From Narcine bancroftii (Eukaryota): 64,000 nucleotides of DNA. Of the stretch, positions 12,314-25,204 are shown piece after piece (within the stretch, counting starts at the first letter, position 1; every line of letters starts with the position of its first letter). A program made the position numbers and the translations under genes. Under the pieces are notes generated by a model. That model searched no databases. It worked only from the letters and a program-made list of their open reading frames with translations, and was not told the origin of the DNA. The DNA is taken from assembly GCF_036971445.1 (NCBI RefSeq), contig NC_091471.1:151528001-151592000 (forward strand). Reading direction: 5' to 3'.

Positions 12314-12445
12314 NNNNNNNNNNNNNNNNNNNNNNNNNNNNNNNNNNNNNNNNNNNNNNNNNNNNNNNNNNNNNNNNNNNNNNNNNNNNNNNNNNNNNNN
12401 NNNNNNNNNNNNNNNNNNNNNNNNNNNNNNNNNNNNNNNNNNNNN
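12314..12445. other. Assembly gap (N run)
   Basis: Run of n. Confidence 1.
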
Positions 12446-13362
12446 AGATGATAGTTCAAGAGAAAGGACATAGTCCACAATCTGCCCACATCAATGGTGC
12501 TGAAGTGAAAAGTGCAGATGGCTTCAGATTATTAGGGATAAATATCCAAATATCCTGCCAGCTCCATTCCTTGCCTGCCTCTGAAATGTTCCCAACATAT
12601 TTGCTTCCTGCACATTCCAAACACTTAACACTTACTCTGTGCAAAAAACTTGCCTCGCACATTTCCTTCAAACTTTCCTCTTTCTTATCTTAAAGCTTTG
12701 CCCCCTAGTATTGGATATTTCCCTCCAGAAAAAAACAAATCTGACTGTATCCCTTATCTTTGTCCCTCAAAGTATTTAAAATCACTGTTCTTCCCCCCAC
12801 AGTGCAGATAAAGAACTTCAGCTTTTTTTTTTGCTGCTTACACCTTGCTCAGTGTTACCATCTCCAGCTCAGTATTTCCAGTATATTGTTGTCCTTTCCT
12901 TGCCAACGTGTCTTCTCTCTGGCTAATGCACGCAATCTCACATCCATGTAGTATTTACTTTTCTGGCCTATTTCAATGTTCTTGCTGTTGAAGCTATATA
13001 AATGGCCATCATTCAGGTATTATGCAGGCTTTGGCAGAAACCAGCAAATGCTAGGTCCAAAATGTATTGCAAAGTAAACTTCTTTTTTTGTTTTATACAC
13101 AAGTGACATGCCTTACATTGATTGACTGCAATTTAATTGTACTGTATGCCTTGATGTTTTCCTTTGAACATCATTGGTAAACATCCTTCTATGTAGTTAT
13201 GGCATGTTAACAAAGACCATGCGTGTACTCAGGTCTACCTATCACAGGTATTCTGTATGAAACTGCATGAGAGATTTAAATTGCACGTGCATTTTCCTTA
13301 AAGATCATTCTATCATGCACCATTTTGTGAGGATTCCAACTTTATCCATGCTTAACATCATC

Positions 13363-13560
13363 TGTTGGAGGAATGCAACGGGTTGAGTTGCATCAGAAAA
13401 AAAAAAGGTTGGCATTTCGGGTTGAAGCCTTTCATCAAGAGTCTTGATGAAGTGTATAAATCTGAAACATTATCCATCCTTGATGTCCCACTGATGCTGT
13501 TAGTCCTGCTGAGTTCTTCCATCAGGTTGTGTTTAGCTTCAGGTTCCAGTATCTGCTGCC
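13363..13560. mobile_element. Palindromic Penelope-like terminal repeat (two inverted ends)
   Basis: ..tttcgggttgaagcctttcatcaaga|gtcttgatgaag..ctgaaac.. with inverted outer arms. The same motif occurs near 4210, 21690, 46900, 55380, 60400 and 62270. Confidence 0.5.
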
Positions 13561-13949
13561 CTTCTGCGTGTATCCATGCCTACATTGCAGGAGGTTAACT
13601 CACCAGCTGGGACAATGATGCAGAGCAGGTAAAATGAGAAAATGAGATTGAGTTATCATTTGTGGATACTTTGGCAAATATTAGGCCCTATTTGTTGACT
13701 GTTCGGGAGAAGTAAAACAAAACTCACCAATTTGGACTATTCCTGACAGCACAGCCCCATGTTCCATTCCAATCCTCAAGTACAAAAAAGACTAGATAAA
13801 ATCATGCCTTTCTGGGCTCACAGTGACTATCTGTGCTCTAATAACTAACAATGGTAGCTGAAACTGGTTTTTCAGTCCAGTTTGAGTTTCCTACAGAGGC
13901 AATAGAGGACAACATTGTACAAATTCCAGGGCTTCCACTCGTGTCCAGG

Positions 13950-14275
13950 GTCTTACAAAGTCCTACAACATGGAAACAGGCTGTTTGACTCTCTTCATGT
14001 ACACTGTTCATCAACCATCCATGTGCAAAAGTTCTATATTAATCCCATTTTATTCCTCTCACTTTCCCATCAAATCACCCAGATTCTAGCTATAGATTAG
14101 CGGAAATTTAGTGTGGCCTATTAATCTGCACATATTTGGGATATGAAAGGAAAATGGAGCATCCAAAGGAAACCCACACAGTCATATGAAGCATGAGCAA
14201 ACTCCAGGTCAACAGCAACAGGAGATTAGGATTGAACCCAGTTACTGGAGCTTTGTGCTAGTTGTATCACTGTGC
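13950..14275 (-). mobile_element. tRNA-derived V-SINE (HE1-like), old
   Basis: Diverged match to the copy at 30032-30255 (gaaacccacacagtca core, CR1-like tail). Confidence 0.55.
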
Positions 14276-14680
14276 CTCACCAATGAGTTTAAAACACCCT
14301 GCTTTAACATTGCTTCATTTATTTAACCATTCTGCCATCTCCAGGGAGTGCATTAAATGTCACAGCTGGTAGACTATCTCAGAAAAATACAAAAAGTAGG
14401 CACAAGAGATCTAAGTTTGTCAGGCAGTTGGAAAAAGTGGAAAGGAAAACAAAGCTGAAAAATCTGGTTGGGGACAGCAACCATACAGTTAAGTGCCATG
14501 TGGTTATATTAATATAATTACATTTCATATACACTTATTATCAGTGAATGTGAAGCAACAAGTATCCTGAGTAAAAATAGCAGCTATCGTAATATTGTAA
14601 TGACAATCATATCCATTCACAGTGTATGAAGAAGTTTAATACAAATTGGTGCTATATATGTTATTTATATTGCAATTTAC

Positions 14681-14833
14681 ACAAGAAACTAATGTAATTT
14701 TATGCTTCTTGTTGGTTTAACATCTATTGTCAGATAGATTGGAATAGATAGATTGATAAGAAAGACTTTTCATCATAATTTTACTTAAACTAGCCCAAGA
14801 TTTATCACTATAAAATATATATAATCAGATATG
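14681..14833 (-). pseudogene. Candidate exon (..SWASLSKIMMKSLSYQSIYSNL..)
   Basis: Acceptor ttttctgcag| at 14833, donor |gtaaat at 14681. Internal stops. Confidence 0.4.
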
Positions 14834-17406
14834 CTGCAGAAAATTAGAATCACATCACATGTTCAGTGAAGTGAAGTTTTTTTTTGAAGCATCAAAACTC
14901 ATTTTCTATCCATTAGAAAAAAAAGCCAAAGGTGGTCTTCATTTCTGTGAATGCAGCTTTCATTTTGGATTAAGCTGAGCCAATTAAACTCGCTCTCCAT
15001 TTTTACAGCTTTACCACAATGTTTAACTCAGGAAAAATGGTAAGAAAGTTACGGGTTTGGTTCTTGCTCTTCATTGACTTAACTGGTCATGGTTGAGATA
15101 ATGACAGATGGTCTCTATGTGGTCTTAGCTCCTGATACAGAGGTTTGCCAGAATAGCTATTTCTGGACACTGCCTGGGTACACTATTTGGGAAAGGTCCA
15201 TGTCTGGATGTTAATAGTGCATGAAGTCAGAGTAAACTGAGCCACCAACACTTATTCACTTGTCTATGACATTAAGACATATAAATGTGCTGAAGTTTAA
15301 AAGATTCTATTTTTGAGTCATTCAGAACCAACTAATATTAAATTTATTAATACAGATTCCCTGCATTAATCCAAGGTTTCAAAAGAGTTGCAGCTATGCA
15401 TATTAGAAACAGTACCACAAACTGCCCCTAGATTAGTCTGGATTTTAAAAAATATTTTATTAACACTTACTCTGTGCAAAAAACTTGCCTCACAGTTTGT
15501 AGCCAGTTACAAAATTGAAAAAAGATTCAATTAGAGAAATGATAAACCCATAATACAATTTATGATGGTTAAATTCCCCACTGCCGCCAACTCCTTCCCA
15601 CCTTAGAAACCCCAAAAGGAAAAGATGAAAAAAAAAGAAAAGAAAGCAAATGAGAAATAAAAGGAAAAAAAAAAGAAAATCAAGGAAAACAGAAAGAATT
15701 GCCAAGAAAGTGCCACTCACCACACGGATCTCCAATATATATTCTGTTTAATTCTTTGGAGAAGGTTAACACAAGTCGTTAAGATTTGAAAATCGTCTAC
15801 AAATTTATACCTCAAATTTGTAAATACTGGAGCAAAAATTGCAGAAATATTTCATATTTATTTCCTAAATTATAAGTAATCTTCACAAGGAGAACACAAC
15901 TATACATCTTGGCATTTGATTGTGCCATAGCTAAATGTGAATCAGATTTCCAAGTAACTGCTATATATGTACTTGCCACTGTTAGTGCTATTTTGGCAAA
16001 TTTTGTTTGGTATTTATATAATTTTAATTTAGGTCTTGTCCCTGAGATATCCCCCAATAAAAATAGTTCTGGATTTTTTGGAAACCTAATTCCTATAACC
16101 TGTTCTAAAATTAATTCCTAAATCTTCCCAAAAAGTCCTATCTGGGGACGTTATCAAGTCGAATGTATAAAGTACCTACCTCCTCACCATATGTAAAACA
16201 TTGAACTGATAAATCTGACTTCAACCTATTTAATTTCTGCAGCATGAGATACAATTGCTGTAAAAAATTGTATTGAACCATCCAGTATCTTACATTTATT
16301 GTATTTGTCATACTATCCCAACAAAAATCAGAACTATTTTGTTCATCAATTTTAACATTTAAATATGATTCCCATCTCTGTTTGGCTTTCTGAAACCCCT
16401 GTTTATGAGTTCTCATTTGAAGTAGGAGATACATGGCAGAAGTAAATTTCTTTATAGTTTGTTTTCGAACCAAAGTTTCTACATCACTTCACTTTAGTAA
16501 TAACATTGTTGGGCCTAATTTATACTTTAAATATGCTATTACTTGAAAATAACAAATGAGTGTGTTATTAAGTAGTCTATATATTTTTAATTTATCAAAT
16601 GACATAAAATGTCCTCCTTCATAACAATCTTCAATATGTCTGATCCCCTTATGAGACCAAATAACTAAGAACTGATTTCTAATCATAAAAGGAATATTTT
16701 TTTAAATCAAAGGTATTTTAGCTGATAGCATAACCCCCAATGCTCCAAATTCACCATTTATCTTTCCAAGTATTGATCATATGTTTTTACAGAGGGGCTC
16801 TTTGTCACCACATATTAATTTTAATTTCCCATTTGTATATAAAATCCTCTGCTATTCACTCTCCTATTTTCTCCAATTCTATTTTTACCCATGCAGGTCT
16901 CTCTCCTTCCTCAAAAAAGAAGAAAGTAATGCCATTTGTGCTGCTTGATAATTTTTTAAAATTTGGAAGTTGTGATCTTGCTAATTCATATTTCCAAGTT
17001 AATTTTCTGATGGACACCCTGCATAGCTTAGCCTTCCAAATAAATTTTCTTACATATTTATTTAATTCCTGAATTGTGATATTGGCAGTGCTTGTGAATG
17101 ATATTGTATTCTTGTGAAAATATTCATCTTAATACAATTAACTCTACCCACTAATGTTATTGGCAAAGGCATCCACCTATTCAAATTTTCTTCAACCTTT
17201 TAAAGTAAAATTTATATAAATTATTTAAATTTTTATTTATACGCATCCCTAAATAATTTAACCCATTATTGGCAATTAAAATTGATAACTTTGACTTTTA
17301 ACATAATCCCTCCCATAAGAGGAATAATTTTGATTTTGTTCCAATTTATTTTATAGCCCCAAACTTTCCTATATTCATCTAATTTTGAGTGCAACTTTTG
17401 TACAAA

Positions 17407-18122
17407 AGCTGCTTTCAGGTGGAATCACCTGGAGAATGTGGTTCCATGGCAGCTGTGGGTAAGGCAGCTGTGGGTATCTGCAAAGGGAATTTCAGACAGC
17501 ACCGCTGATGCCAATGTTCTGCCACCTGAAATGTCCAAAGTGGGGAGAGATTCCACAGGGCAAATGCCAGCTCCTGAGTTGGGGCATCCGTCTGACAGCT
17601 CACCTCCCCGCTGCTGACAGCCCTTTCCTTGCTGCCTTTCAACCCCCTCTTCGCAGACTGACAACCCCCCACCCCCCAGCATGGGACTATGGGGCTGGAG
17701 CAGCCAGCATGGGACATCCAGGCTAGGGAAGCTAGTGCAGGGTGTCAGTGCTGGGGTGGCTGGCACGGGATGTCAGCCCTGACATCCTGCGCCACCTGCC
17801 CCAGCCCTGACATCCCGTGCTGGCCACCCCAGCACTGACATCTTGCGCCAGCCATTCCAGCCCCATAGTCCTGTGCTGGGGGGCTGTCAGACAGTGGGCA
17901 CCTTTAGTCTGCTAGGAACCTGAAAGCTGTGAGCCACTTTGCCTGGTGCTGCTTTCAGGTGCAACAGGGGATTCTCCAAGATGGAGAATATACGTACCCA
18001 AGGAGGGTTAGGTAAGTGCTCCTCCTGGCCAGGTTCTCCACTTTCAGGTGGCCACCCAATAGCTTCATTGGGGTAGAATAGGCGGCTTTACAGTCTGGTA
18101 TTCTGGCCACCTGAAAGCAGCT
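17407..18122. mobile_element. GC-rich non-autonomous DNA transposon, PIF/Harbinger-like MITE, inserted in the L1
   Basis: Perfect 16-bp TIR agctgctttcaggtgg / ccacctgaaagcagct. 3-bp flanking repeat aaa. L1 RT sequence resumes across it. Internally palindromic. Confidence 0.75.
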
Positions 18123-19622
18123 AAAGTTGCTGGTTCTGTCAATTATATCAAAACAAATAAAGTAATTTTATTTTCCCCTTGATTAACCCTAAATCCTTTA
18201 ATATGAAGATCATACTGAATTGCTTCTCCAAGCAGTTTTATAGCTAAAATATATAAAGCTGGAGATAATGGACGTCCTTTTCTACTCGACCTAGTTAGCT
18301 GGAATGGTGCAGAAGCTTGTCCATTTGTTACAACTTTGGCTTTTGCCTCATAATATTATGTTCTAATCGAATTTAGAAAATCTGTCCTAACCCAAATCTT
18401 TCCAGCACTTTAAATAAAAAAAAACCTATTCAAGTCTATCAAACATTTATTTCTGTATCTTAAGCCATCCAAACACTCAAACCCCCTCTCTTTTGTGCCA
18501 AATGATTTACACTAATTAATCTAGTTACATTGGCAGCAGATTGTTTCTTTTTAACACAGCCTGTTTGATCAATATTTATTAATTTTGGTAAAAATTTTGT
18601 CAATCTATTTGCTAAAATTTTTGCTATAATCTTATAATCTGAATTTAACAATGAAATAGGACTATAGGATGATGGTTTCAATGGGTCTCTATCATTTTTT
18701 GGTATAACAGTAATGAATGTAGTTGAAAAAGATTCTGGGAGAGTATGCATTTCCAATGTCTGATCTAATACCTCCATAAAAAGAGGAATTAATAAATCTT
18801 TAAATTCTTTGTAAACTTTAAGTGGGAAACCATCTTCTCCCAGAGACTTATTACTTTGCAGTAAACAAAATGCTTCCCTCACCTCATTTTGAGTGAAAGG
18901 ACCATTCAATTCTACTTGTCTTTCTAACTTTAACCTTGGAAGACATATGTGTGAAAAAAATCCTCTATTTTATTATCATCACTTTGTGATTCAGATTGAT
19001 ATAGTTTAGAATGAAATTGTTTAAAAATCTCATTAATTTCTTGAGGTTTATAGCATTCAAATCTATTTTTACTGCAGTAATAATTTTTGAGACCTGCTTT
19101 GCTTTAAACTGCCAAGAAACAACCTTATGAGCTCTTTAACCTAGCTCATAATACCTGTTTAGTTCTTATTATTGCCTTTTCTGTTTTTATATGTTTGCAA
19201 TATATTATACTGATTTTAAAAAATTAATAAGTTGCCTATGTTTATCCTCAGTCTTTTTTGAAATATAGTATACCATTTCCCAATTGTTCTAGCTCTCTTA
19301 TAAAATCCTTCTTAATCTTAGAAGTATAACTTACAATTTGTCCTCTTAAATATGCTTTCAGAGTATCCCATATAATAAATTAACTCAACGTGAATTAGTC
19401 TCACAATTTTTTCAAATTTGCCTTCTAATAAAAATCACAAAAATCTGGTCTTTTTTTAACAGCAAAGAGTTGAATTTCCATCTATAAACTGATCATCAGG
19501 CATTGTTACAGTCATTAATAAAGGTGAATGATCTGATTAAATTCTCACTACAGCTTCAATAATCCTACCTTGTAAATATGCTGACATTAAAAATCAATTC
19601 TAAAATAAGAGTTATGTCTATT

Positions 19623-19764
19623 NNNNNNNNNNNNNNNNNNNNNNNNNNNNNNNNNNNNNNNNNNNNNNNNNNNNNNNNNNNNNNNNNNNNNNNNNNNNNN
19701 NNNNNNNNNNNNNNNNNNNNNNNNNNNNNNNNNNNNNNNNNNNNNNNNNNNNNNNNNNNNNNNN
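19623..19764. other. Assembly gap (N run)
   Basis: Run of n. Confidence 1.
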
Positions 19765-21086
19765 ACTTAATTCAGTTCTATCATTCATGCCAAAAAGGCT
19801 TTTGCCCTTATCACTACTCTAGTTGACCGATCTTGTTGGATCCAAACAAAAATTAAAATCGCCATCTACTGAAGTATTTTCATAAGCATCTGCTAATTTG
19901 AGAATTGTTTCTTGAATAAATTTCTCATCATTTACATATGACACATACAAATTCATAAGGGTCCATAGTTCTGAATAAATCTGACAATGTATTATTACAT
20001 TTCTTCCTGCTATATCTGTTACTACATTCTGTATTTTAACTGAAAGATTTTTCCTCATCAAAATTGCCACTTGCCTTGGCTTTGAATTAAATAAAGAAAC
20101 TATAACATGTCCCACCCAATCTCTTTCATTTTTGATGTTATTTTTCAATTAAGTGAGTTTCTTGCAAAATGGCTATGACAGCTCCCATTGTCTTAATGTG
20201 TGTCAATACCCACTTTCTCTTCACTCTCCCATTTAACCTATTAACATTAAAACTTATAAATTTCACTCATCCCTATTAAAAAAATATCACTGTATTCTTA
20301 TATTCCCAGATCTTCTCTCCCCATGTGACTCCTCCAATAATTTGATCAATTATTATCTTTCATGTTTGAGCACATCTTCCCCAGCCATCCAGGTAGAAAA
20401 AAAAGAATAGATATATAAGAAGAATATGACACACATAGCAATCAAAATTAAACAAACTACAAAAATTTCCCATATTAGCATTATATAAATAATGCACAAC
20501 ACTACCCCCCTCCATTATATAGGTTGTGCCAAATGCCACAAAAACACACGTGACTTGATAATAGTCAGACATGCTATACCCCTAATACCCCCAGATATTT
20601 ACCAGATATTTGTTAATCATTCTTCTTATATAAAAATAATGTTTTAATTAAATCAAAGGAACAACAATATATTAATTTAGTCACTCCGACAATTGGGCAT
20701 TCGTCAATGACTCCACAAACTCTTCTGCCCCGCCACTATCTGAAAAGAATTTTCTTCCACTGTCTGGCAAGGAGATCTTTAAAGTGGCTGGATGATGCAG
20801 TATAAATCTATATCCTTTTTGCCAAAGAGGATTTATAACCTTTGCTTCAGTAATGCTACGCTTACGTCTGGATAGATTAAAACTCTACATACTTGATATC
20901 AAGTGGACCACTTGCTTTTTCTCCTTTGCCCACCGCAGTCATTATCTTCTCTTTATCATGATATCTCAAGCATTTTATCAGAATAGAGTGTGGCTTTTGA
21001 TCTGGAAATGGCTGTGGTCTGAGAGCTTTGTATGTTCTCTCAATTTCAATAGGTTGTTCCAACTTTTCCTCTCCGCTTCAGGTATC

Positions 21087-21660
21087 TGACATGCCAGTTG
21101 ATTAAGTAGACAAAGACGATGTGGTTAAAAAATAATCATGGCTTTTATTAGCAGAAGCTCATGGTACAATAATGAAAGACAATAGATGCATACACAGTTA
21201 TACCCAAGGGGAGCATCCTTAACAGTAGAGATAATGCACAGCCAATGTTAGTACAGCAAGGCTCGCCAGAGGGGAGACAGGCAACTTGGCAGACAATCAC
21301 CACAGTCTCCCCCCGGCAGAAGAAGGGTTAAAATCAAAAGGACAGCTGCTAGGAAAGACTAAAGCATGGATACCATGTTTGACATTGAGAATATTCTAAC
21401 AGCCAAGATACTCCAGTATCTAGCAAGTAATGAGATGTTTTATGAATATGTCAGCTATCAGATTGTTTATGAATTCTGGTGCTTCTTCTCAAAACAGGAT
21501 GCTCCTTTGCAACCTACAGTTCCTGGGTCTGTAGTGTCGGAAGGACTGACTTCTGGACCCACTTCACAATTGCCAGCTTGAGGCAGAGAAGCCTCAGCTT
21601 GGCCTGCATCAAGACATCCCTTAGTCCAAAGAGATGGTCTTTAGAATGTGCAACATTCTA
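21087..21660 (-). mobile_element. Gypsy 3' fragment: end of pol, PPT and 3' LTR (21087-21304)
   Basis: TG..CA-bounded ~218 bp with AATAAA on the minus strand. Polypurine ggggggagac directly upstream. PVLRRSTRI-type pol C-terminus. Confidence 0.7.
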
Positions 21661-21788
21661 CTGAATGGTCAACTATATTCTGATATCCTGGATGAAGAGC
21701 TCAAGTCCTGAAACACTGATTATGTATCTTTTTCTTTGCTGTATAAATAAAACTGTTTGACCTGTTGAGTTTCTCCAGCATTGTGTTG

Positions 21789-22740
21789 GCTCTTCAGCGC
21801 TTGACGTCCTGTTTTGCAGAAACTGCCAAAATGTTTGGCCTGGAAGTCAGCCTGAAGAAAACTGAGGTCCTCCATCAGCCAGCTCCCCACCATGACTACC
21901 ATTCCCCCCACATCTCCATCGGGCACACAAAACTCAAAACGGTCAACCAGTTTACCTATCTCGGCTGCACCATTTCATCAGATGCAAGGATCGACAACGA
22001 GATAGACAACAGACTCGCCAAGGCAAATAGCACCTTTGGAAGACTACACAAAAGAGTCTGGAAAAACAACCAACTGAGAAACCTCACAAAGATAAGCGTA
22101 TACAGAGCCGTTGTCATACCCACACTCCTGTTCGGTTTCGAATCATGGGTCCTCTACCGGCATCACCTACGGCTCCTAGAACGCTTCCACCAGCGTTGTC
22201 TCCGCTCCATCCTCAACATTCATTGGAGCGACTTCATCCCTAACATCAAAGTACTCGAGATGGCAGAGGCCGACAGCATCGAATCCACGCTGTTGAAGAT
22301 CCAACTGCGCTGGGTAGGTCACGTCTCCAGAATGGAGGACCATCACCTTCCCAAGATCGTGTTATATGGTGAGCTCTCCACTGGCCATCGTGTCAGAGGT
22401 GCACCAAAGAAGAGGTACAAGGACTACCTAAAGAAATCTCTTGGTGCCTGCCACATTGACCACCGCCAGTAGGCTGACATCGCCTCAAACCATGCATCTT
22501 GATGCCTCACAGTTCGGCGGGCAGCAATCTCCTTTGAAGAAGACTACAGAGCCCACCTCACTGACAAAAGACAAAGGAGGAAAAACCCAACACCCAACCC
22601 CAACCAACAAATTTTCCCCTGCAACCTCTGCAACCTTGCCTGCCTGCCCCGCATTGGACTTGTCAGCCACAAACGAGCTGCAGCTGACATGGACATTTAC
22701 CCCTCCATAAATCTTCGTCCGCGAAGCCAAGCCAAAGAAG
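21789..22740 (+). mobile_element. RTE LINE, 5'-truncated (end of RT to tail)
   Basis: ORF ALQRLTSCFAETAKMFGLEVSLKKTEV..FTYLG..QLRWVGHV with a stop at 22470. Tail gaagccaagccaaagaag. Confidence 0.95.
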
Positions 22741-23114
22741 TAGCAGACCTGTGTTCTGTAACTGAACTGGATGAACTTTAATAAAGGCCACTGCATCCCC
22801 TTCCTGACTTGCCTGGAAGATGCTCATTGTAGAAAGAGTTGGAGATGCTCTCATTGACAGTACAGCTACCTGATTCTGCATGAAGGATGTGATAGGGAGG
22901 CCCTTCTTTCCACCAGACAAGCAAGTACTTGGTGTTGGTTTGAAAGTTCTGGTGTTGAGCCACCCTGCCAAGTGAGTTGTGGAGCCATCCAATAGAAAGT
23001 ACAATCTGCTTTTTTTTTCCGCTGTTCTTGACATCTTCCAAAATCCATTCTTGATAACAGCACGGATGGAAAGAATCTCAGAAAATAATAACCTTTGATG
23101 TTTGCACACCCAAG

Positions 23115-23224
23115 GGTAGGGTGGTTATTCCAAAGGAGGACATGGTCATAGTTTACCATATATTGCCATATGGTAATAAATGGTAACCTATAATCATGTC
23201 CTCCTTTGGAATGGCTATCCTACC
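23115..23224. repeat. 44-bp-arm hairpin with a 22-nt loop
   Basis: 23115-23158 matches the reverse complement of 23181-23224 at 37/44 positions. Confidence 0.9.
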
Positions 23225-24466
23225 TGTGGCCTGTACACCACTTAATGGACCCACACACAAAGGATGAAGGCTATGGTACATATGGTACATTTTCCCCCTT
23301 TCATATTGTTTTTCAGCAGACATAATCTATTTACAGTCATCAGATAAAATAGTTTACATGATTGCAGTAGTGCATTCAAGGGGTATGGTCCATGAAGAGA
23401 ACATCTCCCATCTGGTTACTACCTTCAATCTAAAATGAGCACTGCTCACACAATCACTGCTTCTGCTTCACCTTCACCATACATGTCATCTAATCTTTAG
23501 TGCATGATCCTGCACTCTGAACCACATTCTCATATGCAGGTATCCAGGCAAGAGAGAAAAGAGAACAAAGAATCACATGAAGCAATCGCCAAACTATATG
23601 GCCTTGCCTTTGTTCCAATTATCTCTGCCTCAGGATCTATCTGGTCAACACATTTACGAGTTCAGGTTCCTTTATGCTCATGCAAATAACACACAAAATT
23701 TGTTTATCTTTATTTGCCTAAAAGACACCCAAAGAGACTCCATTAGTCCAGCATCTCTACCGAGAAGAGAAAGAGAAGCAAAAGAGAGTTCCTTCATAGA
23801 TATCAAGTGTCCACTAAAGACAGAACTGAGGGATTTGGAGGTGAAGGCAGAAACATTATCTATTTACATGGAGTACCTTCTAGGATTGTCACCCCTCATG
23901 CTCATGAACCTCAAGAAAGACTCAGCAACACACAAACTAAATAGAGGAGAAAATGCAGCATTGCTCAGTTCCAGATTTGATCAGAGTTCATTTGAACTGT
24001 GATATGGCGTGCGAGTGCAGAGCACTCATAGGAAATGTTCAATTCCTTGAGAGGAGTAAAGTTTGCAGAGATTTTTCATAGTGCCCATCTGATCCATTTG
24101 AACAGATCTGCAGAACAGATCAAGACCAAGATTCAATTTATTATCTTGAGCACAAAGTACACAAAAATCTTTCCTTTGTTAGGCCTGCAACCTCTGGAGT
24201 CACACAGCCAGTTGTTCAGTGATGAACCCAAACTCAAGGTATCCAAATTTCATTTCCTCAACCCTGCTTCCAAGACCCCAAAGCATGAAGAAGCCATTGT
24301 TCCCAAGGCCTTCTTGCTATCTTGTACCCGAGGAAGAGCCCAGGATCAAAATGCTGGTTACCCTTTACTTCAACTGAATGCAGTATGACTTCAGAGTGTT
24401 TCTGTATAGCTCTCAACTCCAATATCTGGAGACGTTCTTGTTTAACATCTCACTATCGTACCTCAC

Positions 24467-24563
24467 CTGTAGGTGAAATTCCCTATCTCACGAATTCTGA
24501 CATGCTGCCAATTGCATGTAATTTTTCCAACAATATTAAAAGATAAATGCTTCTTAAAATTAA
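24467..24563 (-). pseudogene. Candidate exon (..MQLA../..REIGNFTY)
   Basis: Acceptor accacag| at 24563, strong donor acag|gtgagg at 24467. Frameshifted. Confidence 0.5.
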
Positions 24564-25046
24564 CTGTGGTTTAAGAAAGTTGTGATTGAGAAAAGGACCC
24601 CAAAATGCACTGGGCTCCATGAGATAACTTTGATACTTACAGGGGAGATTTCACATGAGTGAGTAACATATTGGTGAAATAAATGAAGAAAATAATTAAA
24701 AGTGAAAATTGGGAGTGGATTGACATGTAATTTCATTTCAGGCAAGTCAATCGACAGTGGGTGATGAGGGAAAGAATTAGAGAGGGGAAGTCCTTGGCTT
24801 TATGAGCAAGAAGTGGAACAGATGGACAGATGAGATGTATCATCATTTCTTGAATTTATGCCGTTTTATTTTTAATTATAATTTACAGAAGACCAGTCTT
24901 AGTGTGCAGCAAAGCCTTATACATACAATATATGAAGTCAGTGGAGCAAATTGTTCTTTGGCTGTCACATTCAGGTTCTGACATCAGCCAGGGGGTAGGT
25001 AGGGAAAGGAGTCAGCTAAGTTTTCCACTTCTGACTAATAACTAAC

Positions 25047-25204
25047 TTCAACTGGAGAGAATGCAACAGGTGAGAGCAGAAGCAGGCTTGGCTACAAGAC
25101 ATCCCCAGCTGAGCAGCCTTTGCCAAGTGATAATCCAATGTCAAATATAAATATGAGGCAGGGTATACATAAATGAATTGACTTGAAAATTCTAGCAAGA
25201 CCAG
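25047..25204 (-). pseudogene. Candidate exon (LVLLEFSSQF..YHLAKAAQLGM / SLLLLSPVAFSPVE)
   Basis: Acceptor caatag| at 25204, donor |gttagt at 25047. 158 bp, so one frameshift is needed. Confidence 0.5.

Larger units (their letters stand above)
15445..21086 (-). mobile_element. Old near-full-length L1 (3' part of ORF1, endonuclease, RT, 3' UTR), many stops and frameshifts
   Basis: ORF1 (IEIERTYKAL), EN (RDWVGHV..FNSK..VAIL, GDFNFCLDP), RT region (SYSPISLLNSDYKIIAKILANRL), C-terminus (QYNFLQQLY). Truncated at the 5' end by a Gypsy LTR. Confidence 0.92.

Noticed and set aside
12205-12693. ORFs spanning N runs (also 19578-19826 and 60772-61033)
   Set aside because: Artefacts of assembly gaps.
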